A DNA stretch of 64,000 nt from Mytilus californianus (taxonomy: Eukaryota), in NCBI RefSeq assembly GCF_021869535.1, contig NW_026262734.1, positions 16,182,001 to 16,246,000 on the forward strand, read 5' to 3'. Below, in pieces: positions 1 through 12,009 of this stretch (its first letter is position 1; each line of letters begins with the position of its first letter). The notes beneath the pieces were generated by a model. That model saw only the letters and a list, made by a program, of their open reading frames with translations, was not told the origin of the DNA and ran no database searches. The position numbers were made by a program, and so were the translations under genes.

Positions 1-890
1 GTCTATATAGGACTATATAGTTTCTGTCTATCTTCTTTAGTTTTTGCACTAAAGAGGGTAACAAAAAATCCTCATTTAAGGGCAATCGCTCCTATAAAGA
101 GTGACAGTCTACTAACTAAAATTGACTTGTAAGTAGATCTTGTCTTGCTTATCATTTTTGCTTATTTAAGTTTCTATCTATCTATGTCTATTATAATTTT
201 TATCATGAGACAAAACGTCAAAAAAAAAATGGTAAAAATCGCCATTAAAGCGCAATAACGCCAATAAGGAATCCTCGGACGATTTCCACCATATATTGTA
301 TTAATTGTAGATCTTGTCTTGCTGGACGTTTTTGCTTATTTAAGTTTCTATCTATCTATAATAAGTTTTAAGATATAAGGCAAAAACGCAAACATTTGGA
401 AAAAAATGTCATCTAAAGGCAATAACTTTAATAAGGAGTCGACTGACGATTTCAACCATTAGACTTATTTGTAAAACTTGTCTTGCTGATCATTTTTGCA
501 GTTTAAAGTCTCTCTCTCTATATATAATAGTTTTCAAGATAATAGGCAAAAATGAGAAAAAAAAAGTTAAATTTGTCATTTAAGGGCAATAACTCCTTTA
601 AGAAGTCGTCGGACAGTTTTTATGTATATGGACAATTAGTAGAGCTCAACTGACATTCTAGTATACTTATTTGTAGAACTTGTCTTGCTGATCATATTTG
701 CAGTTTAAAGTCTCTCTCTATATATTACAGTTTTCAAGATAATAGGCAATAATGAAAAAAAAAAAGGTAAAATTTGTCATTTAAGGGCAATAACTCCTAA
801 AAGAAGTCGTCTGACAGTCTTATCTATATGGACAGTTGGTAGAGCTCAACATTCTGAACATTTCTGTCCCTGTCAGATTTTCTCTATTTA
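1..890 (-). mobile_element. Partial non-autonomous Helentron-type (HINE) repeat, family A
   Basis: Internal degenerate subrepeats with AAGGGCAATAACTC. Near-collinear with 12020-12690 and the reverse complement of units at 61531-64000, which carry the hairpin plus GTC-microsatellite end. Confidence 0.65.
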
Positions 891-899
891 TAACGGTTT

Positions 900-2028
900 T
901 ATGTTTATAAAGGGACATAACTCAAGAATGGTAAAAGTGACGCCACCGAATTTCGTAATTAATCTGTATTATGTAGTAATAAGCATTGTGTATAAGTTTC
1001 ATACCATTTGGTTGAGGCAAACTAAAGTTAAAGAATGGAAACAATATTTGTACTTGATCTTAGTTTTGTGGTAATGAGTATTGTGTATAGGTTTCATAAT
1101 GTTTAATTGGGGCAAACTTAAGTTCTAGAATGGAAACTAAAAATTTTGCAATTTTTCGATTTATTAACGGGCATAATAATGGTTAAAGTGACACTACCCA
1201 AATTCAACTTGATCTGTGTTTTATCAGTGGAAGTCAAAATTAAACATTGCATTGTATAAAGCATTGATTGTAGTTGATTTAACTATAATCATGGACAAAG
1301 GAAGATAACTCCAATTTGAAAAATTACTTGAATAATGACATGATATTTTTGGAAAAAAAATGAGAAATTTAGGAATTTTTCCATTTGTAAAGGAGCATAA
1401 CTCTAGAACAGTAAAAGTGACGCTCCCAAAATTCAAACTTGATCTGTGTATTGTGGTAATAAGCATTGTGTATAAGTTTCATAACATTTGGATGAGGCAA
1501 ACTTAAGTTAGAGAACGGAAATTTATAAAGGGGCGTAACTCTAGAACGGTTAAAGTGACGCCACCAAAATTCAAACTTGATCTGTGTATTGTGGTAATAA
1601 GCATTGTGTATAAGTTTCATAACATTTGGATGAGGCAAACTTAAGTTAGAGAACGGAAATTTATAAAGGGGCATAACTCTAGAACGGTTAAAGTGACGCC
1701 ACCAAAATTCAAACTTGATCTGTGTATTGTGGTAATAAGCATTGTGTATAAGTTTCATAACATTTGGATGAGGCAAACTTAAGTTAGAGAACGGAAATTT
1801 ATAAAGAGGCATAACTCTAGAACGGTTAAAGTGACGCCACCAAAATTCAAACTTGATCTGTGTTTTGTGGTAATAAGCATTATCTATAAATTTGATAACA
1901 TTTGGTTGAGGCAAACTTAAGTTAGAGAACGGAAACCAATTTTGGGACGTACGTACCGACGCACGTACGGACGGACGGACAAGGGTAAAACTTAATGCCC
2001 CCTTCCGCTTCGGCGGGGGCATAAAAAA
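900..2028 (-). mobile_element. HINE family B with 138-bp internal tandem repeats
   Basis: ATTCAAACTT recurs at 1431, 1569, 1707 and 1845 (period 138). It is followed by a GGAC/GTAC microsatellite, the hairpin ATGCCCCC-n12-GGGGGCAT (1995-2022) and an A-run, which is HINE end architecture on the minus strand. Confidence 0.7.
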
Positions 2029-2290
2029 TACAAGACTAACAAAGGCCAGAGGCTCCTGACTTGGGACAGGCGCAAAAATGCGGCGGAGTTAAACATGTTT
2101 TGTGAGATCTCAACCCTCCCCTATATACCTCTAGCCAATGTAGAATAAACAAACACACAGCAATACGCACAGTAAAACTCAGTTTAAAAAAAAAGTCCGA
2201 GTCCGATGTCAGAATATGTAACATAAGAAACTAAGCAAAATGACAATGATACATAAATTAACAAAGGACTACTAGCAGTTACTGACATGC
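2029..2290. repeat. Dispersed interspersed repeat (GGCTCCTGACTTGGGACAGG family)
   Basis: The same core recurs at about 9965 and 61268 in this window. Confidence 0.5.
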
Positions 2291-2488
2291 TTTACTTTTG
2301 AAGCTGTTTACATCGTTTAAACGAACAGTAGACAGAAAAAGGGTAAAATTTGCCTAAATTTCATATTGAAGATTGTTATGGGTATTTACATATGATATTA
2401 CAATAGTCGATTATAAGGTCCAAATTAAGGCCATCGTGGCCCTCTTCTTTGCTTCAATCAAGTCATTAAAGTAAAATAAAAGCTATTG

Positions 2489-4578
2489 TCATTTCTTTGA
2501 ATGTTCCTCCAATATCATCACTATAGATTTATGACCATTGTCCGATGCAATGTCCAACGGAGATTTTCCATCAGTCCGTTGCATGTCTATATTAGCACTT
2601 CTCTCTAACAATAAACAAACGATATCCTCATGTCCGACTTCACATGCAGAGAATAATGGTGTCGTTCCATCAACTTTTGTTACGTTCACATTTAGATTAT
2701 AGTCCAGGAGGACTTTGACTACATTTTTATGTCCCATGAAACTAGCAAGATGTAGTGGGTATGAACCAGCGAACATACCAAAAACATGTTCTGGTACTGC
2801 GTTTTTAACGAACTCTATAGTAACTAATGTACCGTATTTATTTGCAACATTGAGCCAACTTTGTTGTACACTTTTAATTTTCTTTGGCGGATGCTTAGCT
2901 ATAGAATCTACAATCAACTGTTTGCTTTGTAGACATTTATTACAGTCAGCTCTTTTAGCTAATAACAACTCTACAATGTCTGCAAAACCATTCCGGGTGG
3001 CTGTCAAAAGTGGATTGTCGCCATCATACATCTGTGCATTTATGTCCGCGTTATGTTCAATCAATAAACGGACAACATCAATATGATTTTTCTGAGAGGC
3101 CATTCTAAGAGGAGTTCCACCGGCATTGTTACTCAAATTGACGTTTGCATTATTTTTCAATAACATTCTCACGATGTCTGTGCGACCATTTTGCGCTGCC
3201 ATGTAAAGTGGAGTTACACCATTGGCTCTACTTACATTGACATTACCATTGTTAGATAACAACCACTCCACTATATCAGCATAACCCTCACGACATGCCT
3301 TTATAAAAGGAGTATTGCCTGCTGCAAAGTCCTCTCTTTCGTTATCCTTCTTATTGGCAAGATCGTTTCGTTGAGACTGATTCATTTGTGCAAGATTATG
3401 CAATAGATGTTGCCTAAATTCAGGAATTCTCATGCTATCATTGTAGAACACATTTGTGACTTTCCCGTCTGACCAATCTGAAATCAGTCTTTTTAAATAA
3501 GATTTGAGGTTTTTATCAGGAAGTCTTATTGTAAATTCGACATCATTTTCGTGATCCTCTTTAGTTACCTTCCACACGACACGTTCACGTAAGAAACTAC
3601 TGTCTCCATGCTTTATGACTAAATGTATCATTTTCATACCAAAATAGTGCGCAAAGAAGTCGAATAATCTGTCATGCAAACTGCTATAAACATTAATCTC
3701 TTTAGAAATATATGTACCAACTAAAGTGTCAGCAGCAACTTTCAGCTTCATCCTAGATGTTCCTCTATTCAGTTCACAAGCTTCAAAAGTGTCATCTAGG
3801 AGTTTTCTTTGTTCGTCAGCAATCTCTCCTGTAAAAATTTCTCCATCCAGTTTGTTATTATAGAGGACTATCATTACTAAGGAACAAATTTCCATCAACC
3901 CTTGATTTCCAGAACAGTATAATTTATCTAGTTCGTTTTTATACATTTCAAACGGGCGTTTGAAAAACATTTGCACGTCCATATCCGGTTTTCGACGACA
4001 TAGAGAACAGAGGAGTGGGAAAGATTGTTCTGACACTTCAGTTAAATCCAATTCATCCGCATATTTACCAAAATATGATTCTGCCATCTTCGTTTTTTCT
4101 GATCCTGTTAGACGCAATTCATCGGATGTCAAATTACATTCACAAGACTTGAAAGGTCGAGATAATACTCCAAACTGTCTGTCCTTATAGACTTGTAATC
4201 TACAGGTTACAATGATCTTGCAACATTTATCTTCTAATATTGTTTTAATCACAGGTAACAACTGTTGCCACTTTTCAATTTGCTGTTGGCTAGCAGTGAA
4301 TTTTCCACATATATCATCTACAACAAAAACCGTCTTCAAACCAGGTTGATAGTAATTTCTAATGTCTGTTGACTCTGTCACTGGTATTATTATGTACCTA
4401 TCTTTCTGTAAAATCAGCGCAACATGTCTGGAAATAAATGTTTTCCCTACACCGGCACTGCCTGTTATGGTCACGCAATTGTTGTCAAGTACGCAGTTTC
4501 TGACATGTTCACTGGCTCGTGTAAATACAAATGATCTGTCTTTGAGGACCCAGTCCTCAATCTGTAGTCTCATTTGGG
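2489..4578 (-). CDS. Terminal exon: STAND-class (nSTAND3-like) NTPase, helical region and 7 ankyrin repeats
   Basis: Walker A GSAGVGKT, Walker B VFVVDDICG, IIVTCR motif; seven GxTPL..A-type ankyrin repeats; acceptor TTTTCTCAG at 4579. Confidence 0.92.
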
Positions 4579-7500
4579 CTGAGAAAAGAACAAAAATCGA
4601 ACTTTACACATGAAATCACATAATGTTCTGTTCATTTGAGAATGTTTCCTTTTGAAAATGGTGCTTTCTGTTAAAGCTATGATTTTTCTTGTCTCTTTTA
4701 TATCTTCTTTTATCCTATGTTATTTATATCAAAGAAAACAGTCCAATACCAGGTAAATAATCAACGAATCAAGTAATCAACACGGAATAAGAAAGAAAAA
4801 AAAATGAAGATTCATCAAACGTTACTCTTTAAAGAATGATACGAGATATGTTGATATGGCCATTCTCTCCTGTTCATTTATATTAAGTATAATTCAGATA
4901 ATATTCCATAAACATACATACGAGATAGATCAGACTTTATGTATTGGAAAAATAGAAAGACATGGTCCCTTCTAGTCGGCTTAATCAATAAAATTAAATC
5001 CAATTACCTCGAATATTTCCAGGAATAACTTCGTGTAGTTCACTTTGTATCTTTTTTAAGTTCTTATTTACTTGTGATATCATGTCTTGTCCTAAATGAG
5101 AATAATAAAAAGGTAATAGTTTTCATATACATTCCCTACTTTCATTAATTGTATTTTCTCAGTTCTTATTTATGTTGTTGTTTTGGTAGTTTTTTTACAT
5201 GTCTATTGTCTAGATTGCATATATTATTGTTCTGAAAATGTTTAGAATTATATTGTTTATGTGTTAAATAATTAAAGTTTAGTCTCTTTTAAATCTTTAC
5301 ATTACATGGTAGGAAATAAAAGTTATTGGACTAAGGTAGTATACGATTGCAAAAAACATCGTAATAACATTAATCAGATATTTACCTTGTTCTTTCATCC
5401 TCTGCCTTTCTCTAAATTTCACCATTCCTATAAATAAGTGAATGAAAATTGTATCTGAAAAGTTGCATGAACGTTATGAAATTCAACATGCATTTGATAT
5501 ATACGAGTATCTAAACGGAAATTATAAAATATGTATAAAAACATGTATTATCTTATATGATATAATAAGGTGTATGTACAATTAATATTATTCAAATATG
5601 ATTGGACGACTTTGCACAATAAAACATCCTAGCTGGATGATCTCCAGCCGTATTATCAGTTATAACTTTGTAGTGGACAATTGACAGTTTTCATGTGCAA
5701 CAATATAATAAAATATTATTGATACAGAAAAAGTGAAACTTTACCAAAGGACAATTAAAATTAGCAAAAACAAAGAAAAACGGACAGTGTCATACCAAAT
5801 TTTTTTTAGATGAAACGCAAACAAAACTGAACAAAACCCCTTCGCTCTACAACTTCATACTTTTTTTTGGCATTCTAAATTTTTTTGATTTGAGTATTTT
5901 GTAGACGAAACGTGCATCTGGCGTACAAAATGATAAGCCTTGTGTCTATTATAACATTATTCACAAAAGGCAAACAATTACGCAATATAAAGTTTTATTT
6001 CGTGCATTTTGTTATTTTTTGTAAATTACCTATTTGACATAACTCCTTATCATGCGTTGTCACCTCAGTATTTTCAAGGTCATCTACAATCTGTTCATAA
6101 GATGCATATCGTAGAGCTCCCAGAAACATATTGTATACGTTTTCATCTTTGCACACTAATTTAGCCAATAGACGTCTATTACTCTCTTGTTTTGTAAGGT
6201 TAAGAGTACATATTTCCTCTCGGTCTTCAGGTTCTAGGACTTCTGATTGTAGAAGATGGTCAACTACATCTGTTGTACAATCCATATCGTGTACCAACAC
6301 GTTGTAGTTTTTCTGTAATTTTATTGTATTTGTGTTAACAACTACAAAATAAAGAAAACAATTCAGTAACGGACAGTTACTGATACTATATAAGATGTTT
6401 GTGAGCTAAGGATGACGTACTATATAAGATGTTTGTCAGCCAATAGATTTCATTAAAAAAACTAGCGCCATCAACTGTTACCATACCAAATGTTGCAAAA
6501 TTTATAAGAACTTATTGTGCTGCGCATATCCAAATAAAATTTCTAGTCCGCCCTGCTAAAAATTAATGTTGGAATCCTAAAGTATCAAATAATTTTAACG
6601 GCACCAGACTTGCATTTCAAAAATTGATGTCACATCGAAAGATCAATTATCTCCAAAAAACACCGAAAAGGGTGTCAAAACCAGCTGCGGTCTGTTAGGA
6701 TAAACAATGCGTTTCGAGAAGGTAACCTTAAAATTAACATGAGTGTAATTGTGTATGCACCGAATACATGTGTCTAGTCATTGAGGCTCAATACACAATA
6801 TAAGATCACAAAAGTACCAACACCAGAAGTTCAATAAACTCAAAAACAATACGTCAAAGCACGTCAAAACAAAGTATTGAACGCGTGAGTTTCCAGAGGA
6901 TAACATTAGAATCATACGGCTCATTGTCAATAAATATCAGTCAAGTATCAAATGAATGAACAAAATGATGTTGTCAATAAATATCAGTCAAGTATCAAAT
7001 GAATGAACAAAATGATGTTGTCAATAAATATCAGTCAAGTATCAAATGAATGAACAAAATGATGTTGTCAATAAATATCAGTCAAGTATCAAATGAATGA
7101 ACAAAATGATGTTGTCAATAAATATCAGTCAAGTATCAAATGAATGAACAAAATGATGTTGTCAATAAATATCAAGGACAGAAATGCATACCAACAAAAG
7201 TAGAAGTTCTACTTCGTGATGCACATTTAGAATACGACAATTTTATTTTGTGTGCTTCATAGCCTCTCATATCGTAGCATTATGGCAAACCCTGGTTTTC
7301 TTTAATTTCATGTAACTGTTACTACTTACTAATTTCAGTCTGTGAAAGACTGGAAGGTTCTTCACTCTTCACTCTAATTTTCATTCTATTAAATAGTTCT
7401 TGGACATCAGAATTACACTGGTCCAATTGTATCAAGGTATCTTTACATGGCTGGAAATTATCATATGGACGTTCCGTTAGGATTTCCAAAAGAACTTTAT

Positions 7501-9339
7501 TACGTTCAAACTGTGTTGTCGGCTTTATTATTTCTTCTCTGTCCTCTATCATTATAATACATTTAGAAATAAGGTTATCCAAAACATGTTTGTCCAGTAC
7601 TGTTATATGAGCTACTTTATCAAGATGAAGAGGAAGTCCTTGTTGGGGTTGACCTGAAGATAAAATATACACAGCAATATTAGATAAGCAGAATGGGGGT
7701 TCTAGTATATAAAACAGTTTGTCCAGTACTGTTATATGAGCTACTTTATCAAGATGAAGAGGAAGTCCGTGTTGGGGTTGACCTGAAGATAAAATATACA
7801 CAGCAATATAAGATAAGCAGAATGGGAGTTCTAGTATATATAAAACAGTTTGTCCAGTACTGTTATATGGGCTACTTTATCAAGATGAAGAGGAAGTCCG
7901 TGTTGGGGTTGACCTGAAGATAAAATATACACAGCAATATTAGATAAGCAGAATGGGAGTTCTAGTATATAAAACAGTTTGTCGGTGACTACCATAAGTA
8001 ACAAGCAAAATGTGGAAAACAGTTTGATAGTTTTCAAACTTAAGGATGTTCGCTACTCTGTTTTAAAATAACAAGCTTTTTAAAAGACTGTTCTAAATTT
8101 ATAGTATATAAATAAAGGAACCAAAAAAGCAGAAAAAAATGAAGGGTCCGTGTACTTGTTTTTGAGATATAAGCCATTGAAAATTTGGCGGGAAATGATT
8201 CTCTCTAGATTTTTCATACTTTTAACATTGTCCGCTTTTCTCTTTTAAAAACTATGAAAAAATAACAAGGATTTTATAAGATTTTCAAATATGGCTTTTA
8301 AAACTATATGAAATAAAATTATGAAAAGAAAAGTAGGGGTTAGTGGACAAAATTATTTAATGGCAAAACATGGATAAAACCAGAGGATTCCGAAAATCTG
8401 GCAAAATTTTAAAAACCAGAGGAGCGAGCATCCTTAAACATAACATTTGTATATGATCGAAAAGTGTACCTATTCGTATGGTTAATCCTCTCACAAAAGG
8501 TCTTTGTTAAATTTGAAAGCGTTGCTCTCGTCGCTAATCTAAAATTATGGGCATTTTTTTCTTTTCTCTTAGTAAGTGTGTTCTTCTTTTTCATTAATGT
8601 CTATCCCTGGTTATAACTCCATCTAAAAACTATGATAATTTATGAGGAGGGTAAATGGTTGACAGGTGTATTTAACACGCATCCGACCAACATAGAGATA
8701 GGAATCAATGCTTCTCCTCATTTGAAAAGCTTTCAATGGTCATTCGATCTAGCGGTATATGGTAAAGTGTATTAGGGAATTATTAGTATTTGAAAATGAT
8801 TTACTGAAATGATGTGGTTCCTTCACCAATACAAATGACCATCGTGAATTGTATGAGGGTTCAGAAAGAAACGAAAATTTTATTTAAGAAAGTGTAAGGT
8901 TACAATTCCTTTTATGGCTGTGAGTAACATACGATTTGAAAAACACAATAAACCATTATGTGGGGCCCTTTATAGCTTGCTGTTCGGTGTGAGCCAAGGC
9001 TCCGTGTTGAAGACCGTACTTTGACCTATAATGGTTTACTTTTATAAATTTTGACTTTTGGATGGAGAGTTGTCTCATTGGCGCTCATACCACATCTTCT
9101 TATATCTATATACCATATTCGATTAAAAACTAACCTATGTTTGAACTAGACAAAGACTGTATTTCTGTCGATTTGTTGCTTTTTGACACTTTATCTTTAT
9201 CTTTATGGACTTCTGTTTGGACAGCAACACCATTTAATTCTATCGATCCATGTTGAAGAACATCATTATTTGTTTCTGTTGATGTGCGAAGAGAAATATC
9301 ACTGGTGTCTGGCTTCATATCTGATGAGGCCATATCCAT
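2489..9339 (-). CDS. CARD-CARD-nSTAND3 NTPase-ankyrin repeat protein (NLR-like), about 1018 aa, 6 coding exons
   Basis: Exons 9339-9135, 7653-7330, 6341-6030, 5427-5386, 5091-5008 and 4578-2489. All introns are GT-AG, all phase 1, and join in frame (3057 nt). The start ATG at 9339 is tentative (in-frame TAA upstream). Confidence 0.8.
5008..5091 (-). CDS. Internal exon (QDMISQVNKNLKKIQSELHEVIPGNIR)
   Basis: 84 nt, phase 1-1, TAG acceptor and G|GTAATT donor; joins the terminal exon as NIRAQMRLQ. Confidence 0.75.
5386..5427 (-). CDS. Internal mini-exon (MVKFRERQRMKEQ)
   Basis: 42 nt, phase 1-1, TAG acceptor and AAG|GTAAAT donor. Confidence 0.6.
6030..6341 (-). CDS. CARD domain exon 2
   Basis: LQKNYNVLVHDM..VVDHLLQSEVL..EDREEI..T.QESNRRLL..L...Y.MFL.AL fits the CARD consensus; 312 nt, phase 1-1. 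Confidence 0.85.
6925..7174. repeat. 47-bp intronic minisatellite, about 5.3 copies
   Basis: GTCAATAAATATCAG starts at 6926, 6973, 7020, 7067, 7114 and 7161. Confidence 0.95.
7330..7653 (-). CDS. CARD domain exon 1
   Basis: VLDNLISKCII..EDREEII..TQ.ERNKVLLEIL.ERP is CARD-like; acceptor TCTTCAG at 7654, donor A|GTAAGT at 7329. Confidence 0.8.
7591..7983 (-). repeat. 129-131-bp tandem triplication of splice acceptor plus exon start
   Basis: Unit starts at 7591, 7720 and 7851. Each unit contains TATTTTATCTTCAG|GTCAACCCC and about 63 nt of the CARD1 exon. Confidence 0.9.
8044..8433. mobile_element. Kolobok-type MITE, 390 bp
   Basis: TTAA on both flanks, GG...CC termini, about 27-bp imperfect TIRs (GGATGTTCGCTACTCTG / CCAGAGGAGCGAGCATCC). 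Confidence 0.75.
8967..9102 (+). repeat. Dispersed repeat (GGAGAGTTGTCTCATTGG family), forward copy
   Basis: Inverted copy at 9709-9843; fragments at about 29400-29545 and 36460-36500. Confidence 0.8.
9135..9339 (-). CDS. Probable first coding exon (MDMASSDMKP..., low complexity)
   Basis: Donor ATAG|GTTAGT at 9134 joins CARD1 in frame (NIG-QPQ); upstream acceptor at 9422. Confidence 0.6.
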
Positions 9340-9708
9340 GGGTTGTTTCGAGGGCTTTTCTTCAGGTTTTTATTGATCTCTTAGCTGGGATATCCCATTT
9401 AGTAAGTTGATTTTATAATATCTGCAAATAGAATGATAGTATTATGTTACTTATGTCCAAATGACTGCTTTAAAAGATATATGTTATGTATTGCAAATGC
9501 TTACTCCGTTTATGATTATTTATATAGGTTACACCATTTATTTGTACATTTAATTTGTAGTTTTCTACATATACTTGTGATTTGATTCTAGTATTTATTT
9601 ATCACCATTTCGCAAAGTCAGTTTTTGTTTTTACTGCTTCGTTTGAGACGAAATGTTCAATTTGTATACCAGTTGATCTGTTTGCTATATACAATTTTTA
9701 ATTGGAAA

Positions 9709-9843
9709 TAAGAAGATGTGGTATGAGTGTCAATGAGACAACTCTCCATCCAAGTCACAACGTATAAAACGTAAACAATTATAAGTCAAAGTACGGCCTT
9801 CAACACGGAGCCTTGGCTCACACCGAACAGCAAGCTATAAAGG
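9709..9843 (-). repeat. Dispersed repeat, inverted copy of 8967-9102
   Basis: Reverse-complement match over about 135 bp. Confidence 0.8.
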
Positions 9844-12009
9844 ACCGCAAAATGACTAGTGTAAAACAATTCAAACAGAAAAGCCATCGGTCTAATTTAT
9901 ATAAAAAAAACGAGAAACGAGAAACACTTATGAACCACATCAACAAACGACAACCCCTGAACATCAGGTTCCTGACTTAGGACAGGTGCAAACAAATGCA
10001 GCGGGTTTAAACGTTTTAATAGGCGCCAACCTTACTGTTGACTGCTGTACACCAACTTTTGACATTTTTACCTATTATGCATGTTTGTTTTGCTCACACA
10101 TTGTTGTCAATATAGTGGAGTACATAAGGAAATGCCTGTACCAAGTCAGGAATATGATAGTTGTTTTCCATTCGTTTGATGTGTTTGAGCTTTTGATTTT
10201 GCCATTTGATGAAGGACTTTCCGTTTTGAATTTTCCTTGGAGTTCGATCGGTATTTTTGTTATTTACTTTTTATGTTCTACAAGAAATTAAAATGATTCA
10301 TTTCCGAAAGGATTTAAAAGTTTCTTTACAACATTTGCCTGATCAAGAATAATTTTTTGCACGACTGAGCTATATCTACTGATACAGTGAGTGTTTGTTC
10401 CCTTCACTACGGATAATTATGATATCTGCAAATGTGATATGATCCGATTATCAGGTTTTCTGCATGTTGTAAAATATCATCTGCGAGTCACAATAATTAT
10501 GGAGCTTTTTGTCGAGTGAGCGCAGTGAACGAGTTCAAAAATTAAGGCTTCATATTATGTCGGTATATTTTCTTCGTGTATAGATATAGAACAAGTTTGT
10601 AAGGAGCGTCCAATATACTACATTGCCTTTCCCAATATTGACGGAAATGTGATCTTATTTTCAAGATCACATTAAGTCATTACACTTATGTAGTTTTACA
10701 ACTGAGACGGAATCAAGTATGTATATCTGGATCTCCATAACATGTATTAACAGTGAACATTTACAAAGGGAACGACCATTTTATATTCGGGGAAATGAAT
10801 GTTTGGCCTGGTAAGACCTAATAATAAATATTTACCTATTCCCACTCCCCTTCTGGTCGTCCGGCCACTACTTATTTGATCAAATAATCATTAGTTTTAA
10901 ACAATACATTTGAAAACTGATGACTGTATTCGTTCTAAGATGATAAATCCAAGATATTTTCAAGATACGCATATATATCATATTTCGAAAAGAAAACCAG
11001 TTGTACTTTCTGTTTTGTCGCCAAGGTTGCATTTTGTCACATGGTAAAAACATATACCCCCCCCCCCAAACAAAATATGTATTACCTCGGACTAAAGCTC
11101 CCATAACTATATATAATATTAATTATCTTGGTAAATCCTCCCATCTACCTCATTAACAGTCATTAATTGCACACATAACTTCTGTTAATATACTTACATT
11201 TAACGTTCGTTTTCAATGACATATATATATATATTCAAAATCAAGTGTATAAATACCTCCGGTCAGTACAAATCTTACATATATATATGCTGGGGTTAAA
11301 CACAGTTCAACTTATACATATCAAAATGAATTTCCAGTATTACGTTCCGGTTTTTTAAGTACTTATCATCATATGATCAATTTCCTGAATGTTTCATTGT
11401 TTGGGTGCAGCACTTAAACAATGCATGTCTTTCTTACAGTTACGTGAAAATGGTGACATTAAAGTCATTTTAAAACTGATTATGGTTAATTGTTTAATAA
11501 ATAAATCATTCAGTAGTAGAGAAAGTCTCACAAAGTTGTTTGAAAATCTTTGAAAGGCCTCCTTTTCGTCACGAACACGTCAAATTATGTTATCAAAACT
11601 AAATATAGAATGCGATAATAATGCTACCGTTAGCTATTTTTAGATTTCAAAATTCCGGTCGAACGGAAATATCTCGGAATGATGAAATAACTTTCGACAA
11701 GTAATATTTAAATGACATTTATATTTAAATTAATTCAAATCAAATTATCTCTCTCATCTTTAGATATTTATTTTTTAGCCGTTTATTTTCAAAGTGACTC
11801 ATTTGTAATACAAAATTTAAGGATGAAAGAGGTGATTTCACTAGAAGCTCTTAATAACATGTGTCATGTGTGTCGCTCAGCTTGGTATATATGCATATTC
11901 AACCATGGAAGTATTATATTGACTGAATATAATACTTCCATGCTCCAACATTGTAGATGACAATAGAATTCATGACAAAAATCTGTTTTGTTGATCTTGT
12001 ATTGCTGAT

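Noticed and set aside
1369-2022. 217-aa repeat ORF as a gene
   Set aside because: It is the translation of 138-bp subrepeats of a non-autonomous element and has no domain features.
2715-4613. Plus-strand ORFs 2715-3086, 3960-4190 and 4362-4613
   Set aside because: They are antisense shadows of the NTPase-ankyrin exon.
5886-5945. Second hammerhead ribozyme
   Set aside because: GACGAAAC is kept but the CUGAUGA core is destroyed, and it is antisense to the host gene; a dead fragment.
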